Program-made: the position numbers and the translations under genes
Notes under the pieces: model-generated
The model's database searches: none
The model's input: the letters and a program-made list of their open reading frames with translations, nothing else
What the model was told of the DNA's origin: nothing
NCBI GenBank assembly: GCA_951406725.2
Contig: OX597815.1
Location: forward strand, 117,738,001 to 117,802,000
Direction of reading: 5' to 3'
DNA: 64,000 nucleotides
Source of the DNA: Octopus vulgaris
Lineage: Eukaryota
Shown here: positions 14,575 through 27,403 of the stretch, piece by piece
Numbering within the stretch: position 1 is the stretch's first letter
Layout: each line of letters starts with the position of its first letter

Positions 14575-14785
14575 TGGTCACTTGACCGGCTAAAGATAAC
14601 AGTCAAATCTCCTTCAAATTAAATTTTACCTTTTGCACAAAGAGAGAAAAAATTCCTACATTAGATTATGTTTATTTAAAAACGTTACATTGAGAAATGT
14701 AAGACAAGTTAGTTATGGCTGGAACGCTTTTGACCATAGGCTTGCTCAGTCAGAGAACTAACCTGGAGCTAAGCAACGACAACAA
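14575..14785 (+). repeat. Old dispersed repeat ending in an (AAC)-like tail; related copies near 20885-21070 (+) and 33545-33715 (-)
   Basis: Shared GGTCA.TTGACC.G.TA.A.ATA.CAG.CAAA...GGCTGGAA.GC.TTTGA.C...GCTAA.CAAC motifs. Confidence 0.5.
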
Positions 14786-16888
14786 AATCTATTTTACATT
14801 TTAGTAGACGGTAATAAATCTTTAAATTCTCTCAGGTTCATAATCTGCTGCCTAAAGACAACAGTACAAGACTGTTGGGAAAATGGCGGAAGAAAATGCA
14901 GATAAATGTTCGGTCTCCGTGTGAATCTGAAGATAACTTACATTTGCTAACGTAAATTGTTGATAAAGAAAGCTGAAGAAACTAAACAGTTTATATGGTT
15001 TCCTTGGAATGATTGATTGATACAATGAATAAAATATCTATTTTTTGGGTCGTCTATTCAACGAAAAGCCGTAATTTCATCAAGTTTCCTCGTGGGGATT
15101 CATAACTTGGTGTGCAATGAATACATCCTCGTTTTTCACCCCCCTGGTATTTATATTATCCTAAGTCTATAGATATTAATAATGTAAAATAGCTCTATAT
15201 ATTACAACTTTCTTCTATCTCTTGTCACTGGAAATATATAAAACGTTACGTAAAACATATTGTCTTTACAAATGGTCTTCCTTTAATAGAAACTGATATG
15301 TTAGCTGGAAAAAGAAGCAAAACCCTAACATGACATGTTTATTATACTTACATCTTTTGAATGAATCGATTGCAGTATTATTCCATATGACGCAATATAT
15401 CATAAAAAAGACCTGCATAAAAGACTGTGTCCCTGTTGGCAGTTATTTTATAAGCGTTAGTGATGGGCGCAAGAATGGTTGTTTGATTATGAAGTGAGCT
15501 TAGAAACTACGTAGTTTTAGCTTTGATAACACTACGCAGCATTTTAGACAAGTACCTCCTACCATTGCGCCTTGTCAATCATAGTATTATAAATAAAATT
15601 AATTTTATTGGTGGAAACTATGTAGAGGTACCGCGTTGAGACTATTACTGTTCTTGTGTGAACGTTTTTAACCGTCGCTTGATTTAAAACCATCACCTTG
15701 CCCTTTGGAGTTTTCGTCAGATTTCAGTTCGTTGTTAGCTTTCGATCGGATCCCCAATCAATGGATAACTTCTTCCTGTTCCCTTATTAGTCTCGGGGGC
15801 TCGGAAAACCTTGATGGGCGCGGTCTTTCTTCTTTAACTACGTCATTAACAAAAAAAAAAGACAAAAGTTAAGAGACTAATGATTATGATAAGATATCTT
15901 CTGCATAATACTAAAATAGTAATCTCAAATAATTTAAGAGCAACAAGAAAGTGTGTGGGTTGAGTAACAAACTTAGATATTTGTGAAATCATATAAGATA
16001 GCGTCTGATACAAAATAAACAGTAATATCTTTTAAACTAAACATTTAAATATAGTTTTTAGAAAGAATACAATGAGTATTATCTTACAAAGCTTAACTTA
16101 GTAATCCTTTTATTTCGTTAAATAAAATGGTTTTTGTTTGATTTATATTGATTTTGTGGATAGAGATAGCCTAACATTTGGAGTCTCAAATCCTGCTTGA
16201 ATCTAAAATTCAAAATACAAAATGGAGATAGTTGGAATATTATTCTGCATTCTTGGTATGAAAACTTCCAAGTTAACTTGCCTTGACACTTCTTTCATTG
16301 CCTTGAGTATTTTCCTTTGATTTAGCGAAGATTTAATTTTTGGGATATAGATAAACTAATGTTGGTTGTATATAAACAAAGCGTTAGAGTCTCTCTTTCT
16401 GTCCACTGTGGAAACATAGCAGCAACATTTCTGGGCCACCTATGGGCTTCGCCTCTCTCTCACCTCTCGGAAAAGAGTATTTGTGCGTAGACATTACTGC
16501 CTCTCCGAATCATATTCTATCATCTCTGATATACCTCATGTATCTGCTACATTTCCTTAAGTTTTAGTATTGTACACTAACGAGCTATTAACTGTTAATC
16601 TTAAACACACACACACACACACACACACACTTATATAATATCACCTTTCCTTTCTTCGCATTCTCCACGAAGGCATCATCCTTACGTTATCTTGACACCT
16701 CATATTAGACACAGAACCCTTTCATAAACAAACAACTTGATTACATCTGCCAATGAAGTCGTGCCAACCTATTCCATTCAACACCACCCAAACAAAGCCA
16801 CTACACGCATGATGTTAACAACACTACACCTTCTTTGCTCACGTACAACACATAACTAAAACCTTTACAAATATTATATATCCTATTA

Positions 16889-17105
16889 AGGTGGCGAACT
16901 TGCAGGATCGTTAGCCCGCCAGGCACAATGCTTAGCGGCATTTCGTTCGCCTTTACGCTCTAGGTTCAAATTCTGATGCGGTCGACTTTGTCTTTCATTT
17001 TTTTCGGGATTGATAAATTAAGTACCAACTGAGTACTGGGGTCGATATAATCACTTTACCCTCTCCTCCGAACTTACTGGCCTTGTGCCAAAATTTGAAA
17101 CCAAT
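16889..17105 (+). mobile_element. SINE family A monomer
   Basis: Family A motifs; AATATTATATAT-like direct repeat on both flanks. Confidence 0.85.
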
Positions 17106-17179
17106 ATTATATATTGCATTCTCTGGCAAACTTATGTGGCGACTATATATCACTTAAGTCTTTCATGAACCCTAGGATT

Positions 17180-17430
17180 CATAAGGCCGGTACTTAATCC
17201 AATTTTCATAGCATATAAGTGACTGAGATAACAACACTCCCCCACTACACTATTCCGTTGCCTGGTTAACTTTCCGGTTATTGCTGGAACTCATTTACAG
17301 CTGAGTGAACTGAGGCAAGGTGAAATGAAGCGTTCTGTTCAAAAACGCAACGCAGTGTCTGCTCCGAGAATGGCTTCCACGATCTTATGACTGTGAGTGA
17401 AACACTCCAGTCACTAGGACACGCGCCTCC
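17180..17430 (-). mobile_element. Degenerate CORE-like SINE (family C)
   Basis: Reverse complement of GGAGGCGCGTGTCCTAGTG head and CAGTTCACTCAGCTGTAAATG. Confidence 0.65.
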
Positions 17431-17581
17431 GGCTATATATTAAGAATATTTCCAAAACTGCACATCTCAGAAAATTTATTATAAATGGATGACTGGCTCG
17501 CCGTCGTTCGACGATGAGGATTTAGTAGTTCGATCAACCGTATCATCTTTTTCTGAATTAACGTGTTGGTAACAGAACATA

Positions 17582-18016
17582 ACTTGTTGTTGTTGTTATC
17601 CTTTTGTGTCGTGAGACAATGGAGTTGCGCATAAACTAATCCAGTCTGGTTTTTACATTTCGTGTCCTCTCCAGTTTCCTCTCCAGTTTTGCGCAGGTCT
17701 GGGCTAGATGTAAGAAAATCCTGGGTAGCCCAATCGTCAGGATTCCTCTCTCGACCTTGCTGACGTAGTCCAAAGGAATGCAGAGCATTACGTTTGGCAC
17801 CAGCTTGGTTGCAGAGCTGCTGGAAGAGTGTCGAGTCGAACACTAAACCGACTACGGGGCTCCACTCCGGATTTCTTTGAAAGTTGTCTCCTTTCCGAAA
17901 ACCTGGATAGGGGCTCATACCGGGTACTGTCGGCCGGAGCCAGCTGAGCCCGCGACTCGTGTCAGGTAGGGTCGTCACTCCCTGAAGTAGTGAAGAAAAT
18001 CGCTACCCACTAACTA
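17582..18016 (-). mobile_element. Short non-autonomous, non-tRNA retroposon (bipartite LINE-like) with an (AAC)n tail
   Basis: 11-bp TSD AACAGAACATA at 17571-17581 and 18017-18027; GC-rich body; (AAC)n at the minus-strand 3' end; no tRNA head seen. Confidence 0.75.
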
Positions 18017-18540
18017 AACAGAACATACCATAGACACACATAACTTTAAACAGATAATTCTCATCGAGAGTCAGCATAACCATTGAATTTTAGGTACAAT
18101 CCAGCCAATGGACTTCTATGGATTTTCTGTCTCCCCATTTTCACTCACAAGATGAGGGCTGACCCGAGATGATAGAAAATAATATTTGCCCAAAATTTCG
18201 CGTAGTGGAATCGAAATCGGGATTTCAAAGATGCAAAACAAACTTCTTAAACGTTCTGCTATATTGCATCTAAGGTCAGTAAATATTTCACACCAAATAC
18301 AAGCAACAAGGGCAGATCATTTTCGTGTATTGATCACATTTCTGGAGTGGAATAACAGCGATTCTTTAGGCAGCTGATAACAGGGGAATATATTTGATAT
18401 ACTTGTTGCTTGTAAATCTTATATCCCGCGGTCTCGTTGTTCGAAGTTGTCCTTCATTTTCGGAGGACTAAACTTGTGAAAGGGTTCCTAGTTCCTTGGT
18501 TTATGGTGGCGTTCCTGTATATATATTATAACATATATTA

Positions 18541-18752
18541 AGGTGGCAACCTGGCAGAAATGTTTGCACTCCGGGCCAAATGCTTAGTGGCATTTCCTCC
18601 GCCTTTACACTCTCAGTTCAAATTTCACTCAGGTCGACTTTGTCTTTCATCTTTTCGGGGTCGATAACATAAGTACCAGCTGAGTATTCATGTCAATGTA
18701 AGCGACTTACCCACTCCCTCGAAATCGGTGGCCTTGTGCCAAAATTTGAAAA
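18541..18752 (+). mobile_element. SINE family A monomer
   Basis: Family A motifs, degenerate TSD. Confidence 0.85.
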
Positions 18753-18879
18753 CTATATGATAACAAATATTGATATTGCATAATTGTCCTTAATCGGGAT
18801 TCTGATACTGAAAAGGGTAATACTTGTTTAGGGGGTTCTAGTTTATGGAGGTTTTGTTGCGCATATATATATATAAAAC

Positions 18880-19261
18880 GGAGGTGGAAATAGCACAGAA
18901 GTAACTCTAAGATATTTCAATTTAAGAAGGAATTTAATAAAATGATTTTTAAAAATTATATAAAGAAAATATTAGCGGTTTTGATGATGAATCTCACATT
19001 ATATATCAGTAAAAATTTATGAAAATTTGAAGTAAAAACAGTTTATCTTCTGAAGATAAACTGTTTTTATAAATTTTTATTGATATTTGATTAGATGAGA
19101 TTCATCATCGAAACCGATAATCTTTTCTTTATATAATTTTGAAAATAATTTTATTAAATTCCTTCTTAAATTGAAGTGTCTTAGATTTGCTTCTGTGCTA
19201 TTTCCACCTCCATCTTTTGTATATAAAAATTTGATTTGTATAGATCTCTAATTTTTTTCAA

Positions 19262-19264
<3 letters not shown>
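18880..19264 (+). mobile_element. Fold-back element (~165-bp inverted arms plus tail) with a decayed hammerhead, in (TA)n
   Basis: GGAGGTGGAAATAGCACAGAAG...CTTCTGTGCTATTTCCACCTCC inverted arms 18880-19211 centred on T19051; TAGATGA-GAT.....ATC-GAAACC at 19092-19115. Confidence 0.7.
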
Positions 19265-19327
<63 letters not shown>

Positions 19328-19359
19328 TTATTTATTTATATATATATATATTTAAAATG

Positions 19360-19560
19360 TAACTATATGTGAATCGTTGGCGACTTTCTTCCTCCGTCTT
19401 CCTTTCCTATTGGACTTTCTACTGTTTCTGAAGAAGAGCGTTGTTCGAAACGCTAAACCAGCTTTCTTTCCTTCCCTGAGCGTCTGCTAATACTTTACAT
19501 GTACCACGTCCTCGCGTTGGTGTTTTTTATGTGTTTGTTTTTCTTTCTTTAATTTACTAT
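19360..19560 (+). mobile_element. Penelope-like pLTR remnant with a hammerhead-like core
   Basis: GTTT-CTGAAGA(19428)-A-GAGC/GTTC-GAAA(19447)-CGCTAAAC next to (TA)n; its 5' part is homologous to 58-112 of the tandem unit. Confidence 0.55.
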
Positions 19561-19712
19561 AGAAGTGAGTTAAGGGTTTTCTTTTCAATCACATGATTTC
19601 AGGTTCAGTCCCACTGCGTAGCATCTTGGGCAAGCGTCTCCTACAATAACTTCGGGTCGAACAACGCTTTGTAAATAGATTTGATAGACAGAAATTGAAA
19701 GAAGCCCGTCAT
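19560..19712 (+). mobile_element. SINE family B 5' half
   Basis: GGTTCAGTCCCACTGCG...GAAAGAAGCCCGTC. Confidence 0.8.
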
Positions 19713-19759
19713 GTGTGTGTGTGTGCGTGTGTGTGTGCGTGTGTGCGTGTGTGTGTGTT

Positions 19760-20334
19760 TAAAAATATAAAAGTGTATAGAATATTTCTATACACAAAGA
19801 GGTGACCTTTGACAGGACTCCTTACGTGCTAAGAAGGCCAGTTGGAACTTAAACCACGAAACAGAATTCACGAGGCGCGCTAATTATAAGACTAGAACAA
19901 ACAAAAAAATTAATTAGTTAATCCCGGACACGAGTTTCGTCATTAATTGTCAAATAAACTAATTTGGGATGTGTGGCTCATTAGCGAGATCGCTAATTAA
20001 TGAATAATTATGTAGTTGCAAATACGTACCGAAAACACGTGCGCATAACAGCTATATCTTTATCCATTATGGATTCGAACTTTGTGCGCGAGCGGAAATA
20101 TATAGTGCAGCAGTAACTAAATAAATAAATAAATTTAAAACTGTGTCCTATACACCATCTGAATTATAAATATTACTACCGTAAATATGAGGGTAATAAA
20201 TTAAAATGATCTATAACCAGTGGTTAGCATGCAATAAATAAAAGTAATAAGACAACATATTTAAAAAAAAATAAAAGTGCATAGAATATTTCTATACATG
20301 CTAAAGAGGCCAGTAAAAACCTAAACCACACACA

Positions 20335-20368
<34 letters not shown>

Positions 20369-20495
20369 GAATTCATGAGGCACGCCGATTATAAAACTAG
20401 AACGAACAAAAAATGAGTTAGTTAATCCCGGACTCGAGTTTTGCCATTAATTGCCAAATAAACTAATTTGGGATCTGTGGTTCATCAGCGAATAA
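19760..20495. repeat. Diverged ~230-bp direct repeat (19760-19990 and 20262-20495)
   Basis: Shared ATAGAATATTTCTATAC...TTAGTTAATCCCGGAC...CAAATAAACTAATTTGGGAT. Confidence 0.85.
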
Positions 20496-20500
20496 TTATG

Positions 20501-20566
<66 letters not shown>

Positions 20567-21069
20567 CAACTTTCCCCTCCTCTCAAAATTGCTGGCCTTG
20601 TCCCCAAATTAGAAAGAATGTTCTAACAAAGACTAGTAAACAGGAAGCTCGTAGAATTGAAAAAAAAAGACATTTAAATATTTTATGTAATATGTATAAA
20701 TTATATACTGCAAATATTTATAATTACCATGATTTTAGTAGCATTTTAAAAACACTTGTCATTTAGTTTACGAGGCTGTTGGCTGTTGTTCGATCGGCTA
20801 GATGCTAGAAATAGCAGCCAAAATTCCTTAGAAGTATATCCTAGCGTTTTAGGATTGATATCTTTTTTAAAATACTTATTAGTTGGTCATTCGACCAGTT
20901 AAAAATAGCAGCCAAAATTTCCTGATATCGCGTCCCAGCGGTTTACAAAAGAAGGACACAGATAATCTGGTCATGGATTCAGTGAGGTCAAGAAAAGAAA
21001 CAATATGACCAAGGCTGGAATGCGTTTGATCGTAGAACTTACCTTGGAGGAGGTGGTGGGGGCTAAACA

Positions 21070-21316
21070 ACATCCCCAACAACTACTTCTACCAACACCA
21101 CTGTTTTCGCTATAAATACCACCATTACTACTACTACTACTACTACTACTACAACCACAACTATCACCACTACTTCGTGTGGTAATACTACAACTACTGT
21201 CACCACTACCACTTCTTTTAATACTACTACAACTACCACAGCCATCATCACCACTACAAATACCACTACCACTACCAGCTCCAGCACCACCGCTGCCACC
21301 ACTACCACCACCACCA
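21070..21316. repeat. Imperfect (CTA/CCA)n trinucleotide repeat
   Basis: Direct inspection. Confidence 0.9.
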
Positions 21317-21727
21317 TTAGCTATTTTCATGATTTACGTCAACAGGTATGCATGAAATAAATTGTAAATTAATAACTGTTTTAAAATTCATGTAATTTTA
21401 ACATAGCTTTGTGTGTTGTTTAGTGGTTTATATGTATTTGTATTGTATAAATCTATAATATAGTTGTAGCAGCTATTAAAATGTCGTTAGCAACCGTCTG
21501 AGATTTATCTTCCTTAACAGCCAGCTGATGCTCGCGTGCGCGTGAGTGCGTGTGTATTTTCAATGTGAATTACATTAGTCTTCTATCAACAAGCAATGCT
21601 CTTACAGTACCCAGTAAAATCCTGCTCAGATCTAGCCTAGCATTGAAGATAAAACACAGTTTGTTTTGAAGAAATATCAATAACCTTCCTTATACCATGA
21701 ACCGTACATCTGTGATGTTATGCTATG

Positions 21728-21823
<96 letters not shown>

Positions 21824-22423
21824 TTTTTTTTTTATTCTTTCTTTATCTCGTAAATAACTGTAGCTGTTGATGGGATCAATAATTTCTAGTGGATTACAGG
21901 AATGATGATTAAATGAATACGAAAAAGATAAAAAAACAAAGAAACCCTCAAAACAAAGCAAAAAATATATCAAATAAAATGAAACGAAACAAACATCGTT
22001 GCCAATTAATTAGGTGTTAGTGACGTCAGTCGGAAGAAAGCCTTGTAAGGAATGCTAACAGATGTAAAACGTCTATTCTTATTCATTGATTATTAGTTCG
22101 GTATTTATCATGTCATGCTTGTATTTTTTTAAAAGTTTTATGAGGAAAAAGGATGATTATTGAATATTAGTTATTATATTTTTTCTTTGTTTGTCAATAA
22201 TGTGTTATCGAGTTGATAATACTTGAAGATGCAATTCCTATAAAACATGATAATATAAAACGTTGCTTAAACGACACAAAGGGAAGTGGGTATTCAATGT
22301 CGGACAACCTCCAGTTATTCAGAAATGTCGGCCATGTTTTTTGACCAATTGGTCGTCCTTTATCAACAATTACATAAATCTAACCAGGTAAAGTTTGAAC
22401 CTTTATTTGTATCTCTATCTGCA

Positions 22424-22485
<62 letters not shown>

Positions 22486-22511
22486 TAATAATAATAATAA
22501 TAATAATAATC

Positions 22512-22725
22512 TTTTCTACTGTAAGCACAGAGCCTGACATTTTGGGTGGAAGGGATTAAGTCGATTACATCGACCCCAGTGCGTAACTGGTATTTATTTA
22601 ATCGACTCTGAAAGGATGAAAGGCAAAGTTGACCTCGGTGGAATTTAAACTCAGAACGTAAAGACGGGCGAAATGCTGCCAAGCATTTTGCCCAGCGTGC
22701 TAACGATTCTGCCAGCTCGCCGCTT
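22512..22725 (-). mobile_element. SINE family A monomer inserted in (AAT)n
   Basis: Family A motifs; AAT arrays on both sides. Confidence 0.85.
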
Positions 22726-22749
22726 TAATAATAATAATAACAACAACTA

Positions 22750-22761
22750 TTATTATTATTA

Positions 22762-22852
<91 letters not shown>

Positions 22853-23290
22853 ACTATTACAGGTTATATTAGATAGCACGGATGTTGTCTTGAAGTTTAA
22901 TGACAACGAGTCTCCTCAAATGCCAAGAATATTTTTTAGGATTCTTGCAGGATTGCACTTCTTTGCAAGTCGACAGTGTTAATCTCAATTCAAATATCAT
23001 TCAGTTTTTTAGGTAGAATTTTGGGTGTTGTGCCCAAAGCACCAATTACCACAGGAATAATTGTCATCTTAGTTTTCCACATTCTCTTCTGTCTGGCTAA
23101 GTCCTGATATTTCTCGACTTCTCTCATTTCCTTTGGCATCCACTCTATTATCGTTCGGTATTGAAAAGTCTATGATATTACACTATTTATTTTGTCATCT
23201 ACAATAATATCCGGTCTTCTTGTTTCGACAGTATGCTCAATCTTTATGGAGAAATTTCCTCAAATCTTATAATTCTTATTTTCTATCACA
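22750..23290 (-). mobile_element. 3' fragment of an R4/Dong-type (RLE) non-LTR retrotransposon with a (TAA)n tail
   Basis: Frameshifted minus-strand translation RRPDII...IIDFSIPND...EKYQDLA...MWKTKMTIIPVVIGALG...ARILKNILG has the PD-(D/E)xK restriction-like endonuclease pattern; (TTA)n on the + strand at the 3' end. Confidence 0.8.
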
Positions 23291-23938
23291 GCCTCTGGCT
23301 CGTGTTTATACTACTTTTTGCTACTATTACAATTACTATTTTATATATTTTGCTTTTCAGAGGAAGCACATATGTCTCCTCTCTTCACGCCAGCGATGTT
23401 GTCGGAGAGAAAGAGGATAACCTTAAATCCGCTACAGCCTGGTACCTGCGTCGGTTGTCACAGTCGTTGCTGTCAGGACACAAACAACCAGTACGGACAG
23501 CGTCTGGTATCTTGCTCCACCTACTACCAGTTCCGCCAATCCACTGTGCGGCGTTGATATGTTTTACTATTATTTTACCGTCCCCGAAAAGAAAAAAAGA
23601 CGGAGCTTATTTCAGCGGAACTTGAACTCAGAGAGCAAAGAGTCAGAACGAACATCACGAGGTATTCAGCCCAACGCTCTATCACGTGTACTAATTCACT
23701 AGATACCATTTGGTAGCAATCCGGTATGCTATCAAATTCCGACTTTTAAAAGCACAACTATACTGATTAGTCTATCTATGAAGAAGCAGTAGCAGTGTCT
23801 AAGATCAATATCATCTCTTAGGCCGGATATATGGTAAACATTTGTATGGTAACATTACAATGGTAAGATACTTTCTATTATAATGACAAATATAGATTAT
23901 GCTGTTATATTACGCAGAGAAATGAGAGAAATGTTTTC

Positions 23939-24338
23939 AGGAGTGGCTGTGTGGTAAGTAGCTTGCTTACGAACCACATGGTTCCTTGGGAAAATGTCTT
24001 CTACTATAGCCTCGGGCCGACTAAAGTCTTGTCAGTGGATTTGGTAGACGGAAACTGAAAGAAGCCCGTCGTATATATGTATATATATATGTGTGTGTGT
24101 GTGTGTATGTATGTGTGTGTGTGTATGTTTGTGTGTCTGTGTTTCTCCCCCCAACATCGCTTGACAACCGACGCTGGTGCGTTTACGTCCCTGTAACTTA
24201 GCAGTTCGACAATAGAGATCGATAGAATAAGTACTAGGCTTACAAGGAATGAGTCCTGGGGTTGATTTGCTCGACTAAAGGCGGTGCTCCAGCATGGCCA
24301 CAGTCAAATGACTGAAACAAGTAAAAGAGTAAAGAGAG
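23939..24338 (+). mobile_element. Full-length SINE family B (tRNA head, internal microsatellite, AAAAGAGT tail)
   Basis: GGAGTGGCTGTGTGGTAAGTAGCTTGC...GAAAGAAGCCCGTCG-(TA/TG)n-...GACTGAAACAAGTAAAAGAG. Confidence 0.9.
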
Positions 24339-24628
24339 ATTCATCCAGATTAAGAGACAAACTCATTATTATCCAGCAAGTTCTGTAGAGTAACAAAGAA
24401 GATCGATATTCTTGCTATTGCACAGAATGTCTAAAAGGAATCTGTAATACTCTAATATGGATAATGGAGCATCTAGGTTTGTTTTAATACTTATTAGTAT
24501 TACTATTACCTTAAATTTATTGTGACTTCGTTTCTGTTTTTTACTGAATAACTGAGTAATTTTCCGATTATTTTAGATATGCTATGCAGGTTGTTTTATG
24601 CTTTTTTTTAACAAACTCATTGATAAAA

Positions 24629-24675
<47 letters not shown>

Positions 24676-24677
24676 AT

Positions 24678-24813
24678 ACAGTCCCACTGCGTGGCACCTT
24701 GAGGAAGTGTCTTCTACTATAGCCTCAGGCCAACCAAAGCCTTGTGAGTGGATTTGGTAGGCAGAAACTGAAAGAAGCCTGTCGTATATGCGCGTGTGTG
24801 TGTGTGAGAGAGA

Positions 24814-24852
<39 letters not shown>

Positions 24853-25025
24853 TGTCCATACAGCTTGACAACTGGTGTTGGTGTGTTTACGTCCCTGTAA
24901 CTTAGCGCTTCGGCAAAATTAACTGATAGAATAAGTATTAGGCTTAAAAAAAATCCTAGGGCAGAGCCGCAGTCATCTGCATGGCTGCAGCCTAGTGACT
25001 GAAGCAAGTAAAAGAATAAAAGAAT
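24678..25025 (+). mobile_element. SINE family B (5'-truncated)
   Basis: Family B motifs. Confidence 0.85.
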
Positions 25026-25635
25026 ACATACATGTGCACATATTTCTGTGGTTTACATTTGTATATAAATAGATTTGGGAGAAGGACACTCTTGCTTGAA
25101 GCAAGGTTTTTGTAGCCTCTGGCCAACTTGCCTTTTTTTCTTTGTTGCTAGTTTATCGGTTTCTCCCATCTAGAGAATGGTGGGGATCATATCTTGAAAA
25201 CATATCGGGTAACAGTACATTTGTGAATGTCATATGCAAATTTAATCTCTTAATTTGATTGCTTGTGCTGAAAATACTATCGTTAAACAGAAATCAGGTT
25301 TAGTAAATACCTATATAGAAAGACTGTAGATGTTGTAACTAATAGGAGTAATGTTAAGCAACCAACGAAATCTTACTAAAAGTAGAAATGAAGAAAAGTT
25401 TGAAAGTGGTTGGAATTGCGCAAAACTATAGAAAATATCTTTTAAAACACGCGATTCTCATTCATGGAAGCAAGGGGTTCATGGAGAGAAAAGTGTCTTG
25501 CTGACGGCAAACCCTGTTTGACGAATAAACAACAAAAGCACCTTGAGATCAAACCACCAAAGACTGCCGTCGCATATCTACCTGTTATTTCAGGTTTGAA
25601 TTATGTTGTGTAGAAATAGAATCACAATTTAATAT

Positions 25636-25849
25636 TGGTTCAAATATTGACCCAAGACCAGCAAGTTTGAGGAGGGAGCAAATCGATTACATTGACCCGC
25701 AGTATTCAACTGGTATTTATTTTATCGACTTCGAAAGAATGAAAGGTAAAGTCGACCTCGGCGGAATTTGAACTCAGAATGGAAAGACGGACGAAATGCT
25801 GCTAAGCATTTTGCCCGGCGTGCTAACGATTCTGCCAGCTCGCCACCTT
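25636..25849 (-). mobile_element. SINE family A monomer
   Basis: Family A motifs; degenerate TSD ATCACAATTTAATAT/ATCATAATTTGATAT. Confidence 0.85.
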
Positions 25850-25914
25850 ATCATAATTTGATATCTGAGACGAAGACATTCTTTGTCCATGCGGTTATAT
25901 TATAACTCAATCTT

Positions 25915-26318
25915 ATTTCTTTATTGTCCACAAGGGGACAAACAAGGCCAGACAAAGGGATTAAGTCGATAACATCGATACCAGTGGGTAACTGGTACTT
26001 AATTTATTGAACTCGAAAGGATGAAAGGCAAAGTCGACCTCGGCGGAATTTGAACTCACGACGTAACGGCAGACGAAATACCTATTTCTTTACTACCCAC
26101 AAGGGGCTAAACACAAGAGTTGACAAACAAGGACAGACAAACGAATTAAGTCGATTACATCGACCCCAGTGCGTAACTGGTACTTATTTAATCGATCCCA
26201 AAAGGATGATAGGCAAAGTCGACCTCGGCGGAATTTGAACTCAGAACGTAACGGCAGACAAAATACCGCTAAGCATTTCGTCGGGCGTGCTAACGATTCC
26301 GCCAGCTCGCCGCCTTAT
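25915..26318 (-). mobile_element. SINE family A dimer
   Basis: One head plus two body modules; TSD ACTCAATCTT at 25905-25914 and 26319-26328. Confidence 0.9.
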
Positions 26319-26664
26319 ACTCAATCTTGATGCGTCAGATGTCTCAGACGAGCAGTATTAGATTGTTGCACCATATTAACGTGTTGATCTAGATCTAAGA
26401 GTGGAAAAGACAATCTACATAAGTTTGTCACGGATCATACACATCCAGTAACTTCACAGGCAGCTACTGTTGGAATTGTTTAGACTGTTTAAAAGATTGA
26501 TCTTTGTGGCGGGCGGCCAGTCATCAACAAAACTGCTGATATTTTGGATTCCAATCTTTCTACACAGTGTTGTCCTACAGAGCACTCCTGCGGTTTCAGA
26601 AGGAGTGAAAGTATTTGAAGAATACACTGAGTCAAACGCAATTAAACAACAATAGTAAATATTA

Positions 26665-26861
26665 GTTTCAAATTTTAGCACAAGGCCAGCAAGATCGGGT
26701 AAGGGGTACTCCAGTATTTAACTGGTACTTATTTTATGGACCCTGAAAGGATGAAAGGCAAAGTCGACTCTAGCGGAATTTGAACTTAGAACGTAAAGAC
26801 AGACAGAAAACTGCCAAGCATTTTACTTGACGTGCTTACAATTCCGTCAGCTCGTCGCCTT
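26665..26861 (-). mobile_element. SINE family A monomer
   Basis: Family A motifs. Confidence 0.85.
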
Positions 26862-27039
26862 AGACATTATTAAATATTGAGCGAATGTCTAACAGCACTT
26901 CCGTTAATAGAAATATCGACCAAAAAATATTATTTTTTTGTTACTGAGAAAGACAGAAAATATTTCAAAGTTGCATGCTGTGTGATTTGTGTGGTAGATT
27001 GTCGACTGATTAAAAAAGACAATTATTACAGAGTGGTAT

Positions 27040-27232
27040 AAGGCAACGAGCTGACTGAATCGTTAGTCCGCAAGAGAAAATACTGAGCGGCATTTCTCCC
27101 AGCTGTTTACATTCAGAGCTCAATTCCCGCCAAAGTGAACAAAATAAAGTATCAGTGAAATACTGGAGTCGATGTAATTGGCTTATTCCCCTCATTCAAA
27201 TTTGCTGTCTTTGTGCCAAAATTTGAAGCCAT
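27040..27232 (+). mobile_element. SINE family A, degenerate
   Basis: GGCAACGAGCTG...GAATCGTTAG head and TTGTGCCAAAATTTGAA tail. Confidence 0.75.
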
Positions 27233-27365
27233 TATAGATTAGTGTTTGTGTTTTTATCAGTGTAATATTTCGGTCAAATCAAACCCTCTGCCTCCCTTAA
27301 CCAGAGAATCCATAATTCCATAATCAAGTATTGGATTTCTAAAACCTTAAATCAGTACTGTTACT

Positions 27366-27403
<38 letters not shown>

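Noticed and set aside
17433-17978. 181-aa ORF
   Set aside because: Non-ATG start, runs through the (AAC)n tail and TSD into flanking DNA, no motif
20971-21330. Gly/Ser-rich or poly-Val/Thr mucin-like ORFs
   Set aside because: Imperfect trinucleotide repeat with no splice or flanking coding support
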